Positions 57,356 through 64,000 of a stretch of DNA of 64,000 bases are shown one piece after another. Origin of the DNA: Gemmatales bacterium (lineage in GTDB: Bacteria > Planctomycetota > Planctomycetia > Gemmatales > HRBIN36); assembly GCA_041640595.1 (NCBI GenBank), contig JBEPZY010000005.1, positions 64,001 to 128,000 of the forward strand. The letters run 5' to 3'. Every line of letters begins with the position of its first letter. Within the stretch, counting starts at the first letter, position 1. Position numbers and translations under genes: made by a program. The notes under the pieces are model-generated. The model did not search any database and was not told the origin of the DNA. It worked only from the letters and a program-made list of their open reading frames with translations.

Positions 57356-58699
57356 TCAAGCGGTGTCCACCAGTTTATGGCGTTGCCCGATGGATGTACC
57401 GCCATGTTCCTGCTTTTGCGAAGTTGCAGCATCCGGGGATTTCTCGAAAGGCTCCGGGTCATTTCCCGAGGTGACCGTCTGGGGCAAACCGTGCAGGGCA
57501 TGCCACGAGGGAAACCAGTGGGCAGCCAATCGCCTGATCCAGCCAGGCGTTCGCATTTCCATGCCCATCAGATTGCCCCAGGCCTCCCAGCCGGGCACAT
57601 GCAAACAAATGGCCCGCAGACCGGCCATCAACGGTACCGCCAGGAATAAGCCGACTTCTCCCCAGACCACCCACCAGAACATGCACGCCAGCAACACCGT
57701 GGTGGCATTGAGCTGAACGTTGCGGCCAATAACCAGCGGAAAGATCACGTACCCCTCCACGATCAGCACCACCAGATACACCACCACCACCAGGCTTGCC
57801 GAACCAAATCCCTGGGCAATGAACGCTTCCACAACCGGCGGGATGCCTGCCAGGATTGGCCCCAGGTAAGGAACGAAGGTCAGAATCCCGGCCAGCACTG
57901 CCCAGGTCCAGCCCTGCTTGAGTCCCAGTTGCGTGAAAAACACGCCCAGAAAGATCGCCATGCCGACGTTGATCAGGGTCCGCCAGACAATGTAGGAGCG
58001 GACTGCGAACGCCATCTGCTGCAGGGCTTCGATCGCCGCTCGCGCATGCGGGCCAGTCAACGGGCCGAATATCTCTCCGAACCGCCGAATCAACATGTCT
58101 CCTTCCACAGACAGGAACAACACCAGAAACAGCACCAGCACCACGTTTTCTCCGGTCGTCCACAGATAAATGGGCAGGTTGTCGGTTTGCGTTTTGACGA
58201 ACTGGTCGAAGTGCTTGAAGAAGACGGAATCCTCCACTTTGGGAGGCAGGATGTGGTCGGCGAACTCCGGACTGATCGCCTGCATATTTTTGCGGAGGAT
58301 TTGATACACGCGAACCTGCTGATCGTAGGTTTGTGGCAACTCCTGCACCAGTTGTTGAATGGCGGTCAACGCCCACAACGCGAAGCCCAGGACCAGGGTC
58401 ACGAAAGCGGTGAGGACCAGTGTTCCAGCCAGGACGCGAGGCAACTTCCAGCGCTGGTGCAGATGTTGCACCATCGGCCAGAAGACCGTGGCCAGCATCA
58501 ACGAAATTACCAGCGGCAGAAAAAGCGCCCGCCCGAAATAAAGCCCGGCTGCAATCCCCAACAGTGCCAGCGCTGCGATACCCGCACGGACGGTGAAGTT
58601 ATTTTCGTGCACGGCCTGTGATTCCAAATAACGGCCAGCGTCGGGCTGACCGTACTGGTTTTCAATTGGCCAGGGCTGCCCGCCCGTTGCAGGCGTCAT
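57356..58699 (-). CDS. AI-2E family transporter
   Basis: Multi-TM; LTFVPYLGP, EGYVIFPLV, WGEVGLFLAVP motifs. Confidence 0.9.
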   Translation of the reverse strand: MTPATGGQPWPIENQYGQPDAGRYLESQAVHENNFTVRAGIAALALLGIAAGLYFGRALFLPLVISLMLATVFWPMVQHLHQRWKLPRVLAGTLVLTAFVTLVLGFALWALTAIQQLVQELPQTYDQQVRVYQILRKNMQAISPEFADHILPPKVEDSVFFKHFDQFVKTQTDNLPIYLWTTGENVVLVLFLVLFLSVEGDMLIRRFGEIFGPLTGPHARAAIEALQQMAFAVRSYIVWRTLINVGMAIFLGVFFTQLGLKQGWTWAVLAGILTFVPYLGPILAGIPPVVEAFIAQGFGSASLVVVVYLVVLIVEGYVIFPLVIGRNVQLNATTVLLACMFWWVVWGEVGLFLAVPLMAGLRAICLHVPGWEAWGNLMGMEMRTPGWIRRLAAHWFPSWHALHGLPQTVTSGNDPEPFEKSPDAATSQKQEHGGTSIGQRHKLVDTA

Positions 58700-58938
58700 G
58701 GGCAGCCGATCGGTTTACCCTCCCCTTGGTGCGCACGTTTCCCCTTCTAAAATCTATTCTGGCATGGACTCGAATCCAAGGGGCCACTGTCGGGAAAGAA
58801 AGTGGTCTGGCTGAGCTGGGTGGTAGCGTTGCTGCTGGCCGGGATCATTATCGCAGTGGTAGTCTGGCCACCCCGGACTCCGCGCGACGGTACCCCTCCG
58901 TCATAACCCCAGCCACTGGCTAATCTCTGAGGAGAACT

Positions 58939-60018
58939 ATGCACGAACTCGATTTCCTTGCGCTGGCACGGCGGGTCATCCGCGGCGGGGAAGTGACCGC
59001 GGAGGAACTTGACCAGCTTTTCCGCGTCGAAGGCGAAGCAATTTACGATCTCATGTACGCTGCCCATAAGGTGCGGGTGCATTTTCACGGCAACCGCGTA
59101 ACCTTTTGCAGCATCATTCCCAGCAAATTCGGCAAATGCAGCGAGGATTGTAAGTTCTGCGCTCAGAGCATCTACTGGAACACGGGCATCACTCCGCATC
59201 CCATGATGGATGCTGAGACCGTGAAAAAGGCCTGTCTCGATGCCAAGAAAAACGGAGCGAGTGCTTTCGGACTGGTCAATTCCGGCCGGGGGCCAACCAA
59301 ACACGATTGGCCGAAAGTCGTCGAAGCCATCAAGGCTATCAAGGAGGTAGATGGCATTTGTCACTGTGCCACCCTCGGAGAGCTCACGCGGGAACAGGCC
59401 CGGGAACTCAAAGCTCTGGGCATTCGGCGTATCAACCACAACATCGAAACCTCGCGCGAGTTTTACCCCAACATCGTTACCACTCATACTTGGGAGGATC
59501 GCATTCGCACCTTGCAGATTGCCCGCGAGGAAGGACTGGAATTGTGTTGCGGTTGCATCTTCGGCATGGGCGAAAGCATCGAGGACCGCGTCAGTATCGT
59601 GCTGTCATTGCGCAAGATCAATCCCCAGGTGGTGCCGCTGAATTTCCTTTATCCCATTCCCGGCACACCCCTGGAGCACATGGAACCGCTCAAACCGCTG
59701 GAAATCCTCAAGATCATCGCCACCGTGCGTCTGGCCTTACCGCACCCGGACATCAAGATCGGTGGCGGACGGGAAAAGAATCTCCGCGACCTGCAAAGCT
59801 GGATTTTCTACGCCGGTGCGACCAGCGCTATCATCGGCAATTACCTGGCGACCTACGGCCGACCGCATGAGGTAGATTTGCAGATGGTCCGCGACCTAGA
59901 ACTGGAGTGGCATGCCGACCGCGTCGGCGATGCCGATCCTCTGCGGCCGATGCGCTTCTCCTTCGATCTGCCCGAAAACAATCGCCCGGGCCGGATGGCT
60001 CTGGAACTGGTCACCTGA
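58939..60018 (+). CDS. bioB: Biotin synthase (radical SAM)
   Basis: CSEDCKFCAQS, NHNIET, CCGCIFGMGE, VPLNFL. Confidence 0.95.
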   Translation: MHELDFLALARRVIRGGEVTAEELDQLFRVEGEAIYDLMYAAHKVRVHFHGNRVTFCSIIPSKFGKCSEDCKFCAQSIYWNTGITPHPMMDAETVKKACLDAKKNGASAFGLVNSGRGPTKHDWPKVVEAIKAIKEVDGICHCATLGELTREQARELKALGIRRINHNIETSREFYPNIVTTHTWEDRIRTLQIAREEGLELCCGCIFGMGESIEDRVSIVLSLRKINPQVVPLNFLYPIPGTPLEHMEPLKPLEILKIIATVRLALPHPDIKIGGGREKNLRDLQSWIFYAGATSAIIGNYLATYGRPHEVDLQMVRDLELEWHADRVGDADPLRPMRFSFDLPENNRPGRMALELVT

Positions 60019-60046
60019 CACGACGCCCTTCGCCGGGAGGTTTGCC

Positions 60047-60403
60047 GTGCCCACGACATTCTTGTGTCCGCATTGCGAGGCGAAATTGCAAAGCGCCAAT
60101 CCCCAGATCGAAGGCAAGCGGGTTCGCTGCGCCAAATGTAACTCCACGTTTAGGGTAACGGCGGGACTGATTGTCCGCGATACGCCGGCCCGTGCGGTTG
60201 CCGACGATTCTTCCGAAGGGTCGGATGAACCCGGTGCAAAACCCGCCAGCCCACGGGGCAAGAAATCGAAGAAGGGCACGAAGTCTTCATCCACGGCCAT
60301 CTACTGGGCTCGCAACATCATCGCTCTCGTTTTGCTCATCGGTATCGTTACCGCGACGGTGATCATTCTCATCAACAAGGGCTGGATCAACGTCGGTGAA
60401 TAA
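60047..60403 (+). CDS. Zinc-ribbon (MJ0042-type) protein with C-terminal TM
   Basis: CPHC...VRCAKC, low-complexity linker, TM; GGGAGG RBS before GTG 60047. Confidence 0.75.
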   Translation: MPTTFLCPHCEAKLQSANPQIEGKRVRCAKCNSTFRVTAGLIVRDTPARAVADDSSEGSDEPGAKPASPRGKKSKKGTKSSSTAIYWARNIIALVLLIGIVTATVIILINKGWINVGE

Positions 60404-60427
60404 GGCCAGCGGCGGGCTGGACAGCGT

Positions 60428-61657
60428 ATGCCCTCTTTCGAGTGGTTAGAGCAAAGTTTGCGGGAAGTGCAACAAGCCGGGCTGTACCGGCGCAGGAGAA
60501 AATTGCTCACCGCCCAGGGGGCGCGCGTGCGGATCGGCAGCCGCGAGCTGATCAACTTCGCCTCGAACGATTATCTCAACCTCGCTGCCGATCCGCGAGT
60601 GATTCGGGCAGCGGTCCATGCAGTGCGGCGTTACGGGTGTGGTGCCGGTGCTTCGCCCCTTATCGTGGGTTGGTCGGCACCGCTGCGGTCTCTGGAACGC
60701 GAACTGGCACGCTGGCAGGGAAGCGAGTCGGCTCTGGTTTTTGCCAGCGGATTCGCCGCCAATTTAGGCGTGCTCACTGCCCTTGCCGGGCCGGAAGACG
60801 TGCTCTTCAGCGATGAACTCAACCACGCCAGCTTGATAGACGGTTGCCGATTGGCCAGGTCCCGAGTGCACGTTTACCGTCACGGCGACCTGGATCATTT
60901 GCGGTCACTTCTGGAGGCACACAGCGGACGTCCTGCCTGCGCCAGTTGCGGCCTCACGGTGCGTCGGCGGTTTATCGTTACCGACAGCGTGTTCAGCATG
61001 GATGGCGACTGTGCGCCGCTGGCGGAACTGGTCGAACTGGCCGAACGGTACCAGGCTGTGCTCATTGTGGATGAAGCCCACGCTACAGGCGTTCTGGGAC
61101 CGCAAGGGCGTGGACTGGTTGCGACGCTGCATCGCTGGCCGGGTGCAGGGCTGGTCAAAATCGGTACGCTCAGCAAGGCACTGGGTTCGCAGGGGGGATT
61201 TGTCAGCGGCGAGCGGTCGCTCATCCGATTCCTGGTCAATCGGTCTCGCAGCTACATCTTTTCGACGGCCCTGAACATTGCAGCCGCGGCAGCAGCACGG
61301 CAGGCGTTGCGGATTGTGCAACACGAACCCGAGCGCCGCCAGCACCTGCAACGTCTGGCCTGGCAGTTAAGGCAACGCCTGGCCGAACGCGGACTGTTAG
61401 CCCAGGGCACCTCTCCGCCTGATCCGGAATGGTGCACTCCGATTGTGCCGATCATCATCGGCGAACCTCAGCGGGCTGTGGAAGTCTCTCGCGCTTTGAT
61501 GCAGCGTGGTTTTCTGGTGCCGGCGATTCGTCCGCCTTCCGTGCCGCCGGGCACATCCCGTTTGCGTATCAGTCTGACCGCTGGCCACACTGAGCAGCAG
61601 GTTGAAACTCTCGTCGAGAGTCTTGCGTCCTTGCTAAACAAGATGGGCGTCTGCTGA
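60428..61657 (+). CDS. bioF: 8-amino-7-oxononanoate synthase
   Basis: NFASNDYL, SDELNHASLIDG, SVFSMDGD, VDEAHA, GTLSKA. Confidence 0.95.
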   Translation: MPSFEWLEQSLREVQQAGLYRRRRKLLTAQGARVRIGSRELINFASNDYLNLAADPRVIRAAVHAVRRYGCGAGASPLIVGWSAPLRSLERELARWQGSESALVFASGFAANLGVLTALAGPEDVLFSDELNHASLIDGCRLARSRVHVYRHGDLDHLRSLLEAHSGRPACASCGLTVRRRFIVTDSVFSMDGDCAPLAELVELAERYQAVLIVDEAHATGVLGPQGRGLVATLHRWPGAGLVKIGTLSKALGSQGGFVSGERSLIRFLVNRSRSYIFSTALNIAAAAAARQALRIVQHEPERRQHLQRLAWQLRQRLAERGLLAQGTSPPDPEWCTPIVPIIIGEPQRAVEVSRALMQRGFLVPAIRPPSVPPGTSRLRISLTAGHTEQQVETLVESLASLLNKMGVC

Positions 61658-61747
61658 AGCGGGGCAGCAGTCAGGAGCTTTCGGCATCGAAAACGCAGAC
61701 GCCATCGCTACAATGATCGCGGCGCAAGCTAGAGGGAGGCCTGAGCA

Positions 61748-62242
61748 ATGACCAGAGCGCTGCAAATTGTGCCCAACCGCTGTACGGGTTGCATGCAATG
61801 CGAACTGGCCTGTTCGTTTGTGCAAACGGGAATGTTCGCCCCGGCCTACTCGATGATACGCGTGCACATTTTCGACGAGGAGGCCAGCTACGCACCATAT
61901 ACTTGCGTGCAATGCCAGGAAGCGTGGTGCATGTCGGCCTGTCCGGTAAATGCCATCGCTGTGGATGAGCAAACCGGGGCCAAGGTAGTGCTGGACGACG
62001 TTTGCGTTGGATGTCACCTGTGCAGTATTGCATGTCCGTTCGGCACGGTGTTCACTTTGCCGGCATCCGGCAAGGCAGCGAAATGCAACCTCTGTGGCGG
62101 TCAACCAGCCTGCGCAGTTGCCTGTCCCACCCGTGCTATCGAGTGGCGAGAAGGAGACGGTGTGGGCAGCTGGTTTGGGCCCTGGGCCGAGACTATCGCT
62201 TGCCGTCATCGCGAGGCCATGCTCCAGCACGCCGGCTCCTGA
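61748..62242 (+). CDS. 4Fe-4S dicluster electron-transfer subunit (AOR-associated)
   Basis: Four Cys clusters: CTGCMQCELAC, CVQC..AWCMSACP, CVGCHLCSIACP, CNLC...CAVACP. Confidence 0.92.
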   Translation: MTRALQIVPNRCTGCMQCELACSFVQTGMFAPAYSMIRVHIFDEEASYAPYTCVQCQEAWCMSACPVNAIAVDEQTGAKVVLDDVCVGCHLCSIACPFGTVFTLPASGKAAKCNLCGGQPACAVACPTRAIEWREGDGVGSWFGPWAETIACRHREAMLQHAGS

Positions 62243-62424
62243 AGCCCTTTGGTTTCTGGCTTGTGGCAGAGGGCCAGGAGTGCCGAGAGGAACGGGCTGG
62301 GACGAAACAAAACCGAAGCTCGGAATTTAGCCGCCGCGAAAATACAACTACTGCGAAGAAAACCGAAACCGGTGGGCGTTAGTCCACCGACTTGGAGCCA
62401 GGCGCTGATAACCGGAGGAATGCT

Positions 62425-64000
62425 ATGTACGGCTGGCATGGAAAACTGTTGCGTGTCCATCTGGGAACGCGACGCTGCCAGGTGGAGAACATTCCGGACC
62501 CGTGGTTGCGGCAGTACATCGGCGGTCGTGGTGTGGCCGACCGCTATTTGTGGGAGGAACTCGACCCAAAGATTGATCCAGTCAGTCCGCAAAACAAGTT
62601 GATTTTCGCCACCGGACCGCTGACCGGAACGCCAGCACCTTGCGGTGCCCGCTACATGGTCGTTACCAAAGGCTACCTCACCGGGGCGATTACCACGTCG
62701 AATTCCGGTGGGCACTGGGGCCCGGCATTGCGTTTCGCCGGCTACGATTTGCTGGTGATTGAAGGAAAGGCCAGTGAGCCGGTTTATCTGTTCATTGACG
62801 ATGACCGCGTCGAGATTCGCGACGCCCGCCATTTGTGGGGCAAAACGGTTTCCGAGACGGAAGATGGTATCCGCGACGAACTGGCTTTGCCGACGGTACG
62901 GGTGGCGTGCATCGGCCCGGCCGGGGAAAAGTTAGTGCGCTTCGCCTGCATCATGAATGACAAACACCGGGCGGCGGGGCGATCCGGCGTCGGTGCGGTG
63001 ATGGGCTCGAAAAATCTCAAAGCCATTGCTATTCGTGGCACTCGCGGTGTGCGTGTTGCCGATCCGGCTGGTTTTATGCGGGCGGTGTGGAAATTCCGTC
63101 AGCACCTGGCTGAATCGCCCGCGCGGCAAAGTATGACCGAACTCGGCACCGCCGCCACCATTGACCTCACCCAGGCTTTCGGGGGTCTGCCCACCCGCAA
63201 TTTCCAGCAGGGACAGTTTGAGTATTACGAAAACCTCAACGGCAACTCGATCAAAGAAAAGCGGATGGTGACCAACAAAGCCTGCTTCGCCTGCACCATC
63301 GCTTGCGGTCGCGTCACCCGTTTGCCGGGGGAGGCTGCCGACAAGTATCTCGTCAATACCCACCCGCGCAACTGGCGCATTGCCGGGGAAGGGCCGGAAT
63401 ATGAAGGTGCCTGGGCTTTAGGAGCCGACACCGGCGTCGGCGATCTCGATGCCGTGATCAAAGCCAACTGGCTTTGCAACGACCTCGGCATGGACCCCAT
63501 TTCCATGGGAGCGACCCTGGCAGCGGCAATGGAGCTGTACGAACGCGGTGTCCTGAACGATGCGGTAACAGGCATGCCGTTACGTTTTGGCTCAGCGGAG
63601 GCGTTGATTCGCATGGTGGAAGCCACCGCTTACCGTGAAGGTTTCGGGAACGAACTGGCCGAGGGTGCCAAACGCATGAGCGAAAAGTTCGGTCATCCCG
63701 AAGTGTTCATGGGCGTCAAAGGGCAGGAGTTCCCCGCTTATGATCCGCGAGGGTTTCAGGGAATGGGCGTGGCCTACGCGACCTGTAACCGGGGAGCCTG
63801 TCATCTGCGGGCCTGGACGCCAGGTTACGAAAGCCAGCCCGGAGTGGATCCGCATACGCCGGTTGGTAAGGCCGAATGGGTTGCCGAGGAGCAGAATCGC
63901 ACCACCGCTCACGATAACAGCGGCATCTGCTTGTTCACCATGGTCGGTGCGCCGCTGAGCGACATTGCCGATTGTGTCGCCGCTGCCACGGGCGTTGCAT
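62425..64000 (+). CDS. aor: Aldehyde:ferredoxin oxidoreductase (W-dependent AOR family), truncated by the window end
   Basis: Not in the ORF track (no stop). Translation MYGWHGKLLRVHL...YIGGRG...GPLTG...SNSGG...CIGPAGE...AAGRSGVGAVMGSKNLKAI...CFACTIACG...GPEYE...GMDPIS; GGAGG RBS. Confidence 0.93.
   Translation, partial: MYGWHGKLLRVHLGTRRCQVENIPDPWLRQYIGGRGVADRYLWEELDPKIDPVSPQNKLIFATGPLTGTPAPCGARYMVVTKGYLTGAITTSNSGGHWGPALRFAGYDLLVIEGKASEPVYLFIDDDRVEIRDARHLWGKTVSETEDGIRDELALPTVRVACIGPAGEKLVRFACIMNDKHRAAGRSGVGAVMGSKNLKAIAIRGTRGVRVADPAGFMRAVWKFRQHLAESPARQSMTELGTAATIDLTQAFGGLPTRNFQQGQFEYYENLNGNSIKEKRMVTNKACFACTIACGRVTRLPGEAADKYLVNTHPRNWRIAGEGPEYEGAWALGADTGVGDLDAVIKANWLCNDLGMDPISMGATLAAAMELYERGVLNDAVTGMPLRFGSAEALIRMVEATAYREGFGNELAEGAKRMSEKFGHPEVFMGVKGQEFPAYDPRGFQGMGVAYATCNRGACHLRAWTPGYESQPGVDPHTPVGKAEWVAEEQNRTTAHDNSGICLFTMVGAPLSDIADCVAAATGVA

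Overview
A 64-kb, GC-rich bacterial window. The gene content (TIGR03000 domain, DUF3467, prenyltransferase-repeat proteins, Tat-exported Gfo/Idh/MocA) points to a planctomycete, probably Gemmatales-like (inference). Housekeeping content: a flagellar basal-body/export cluster (flgB-flgC-fliE-fliF-fliG-fliH-fliI-fliJ-motE-like-fliL-fliM-fliN, minus strand), tRNA-Val(CAC), an actinobacterial-type three-subunit succinate dehydrogenase inside a sugar aldolase/kinase run, a PhoR-like kinase, class II RNR, an FGE-family protein, bioB/bioF, and a 4Fe-4S subunit plus aldehyde:ferredoxin oxidoreductase running off the right end. Intergenic DNA is unusually repeat-rich: six mosaic arrays of two related REP-like hairpins with a shared spacer pool, heptamer tandem repeats, and several unrelated ~66-76-bp-period arrays. 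Three candidate conflict/defence systems stand out. (1) A stand-alone Lon-type Ser-Lys protease fused to a C-terminal CARF domain (38995-40323), with an upstream partner that may be its substrate. (2) A six-gene operon joining a minimal ExbB/MotA-ExbD proton-channel pair to a membrane-anchored TRAFAC GTPase, a GAP1-N2-like membrane protein and a lipoprotein (16851-21501). (3) A coiled-coil-NYN/PIN RNase gene sitting like a cassette between REP arrays (10190-11416). All calls come from reading motifs by eye; no searches were run.
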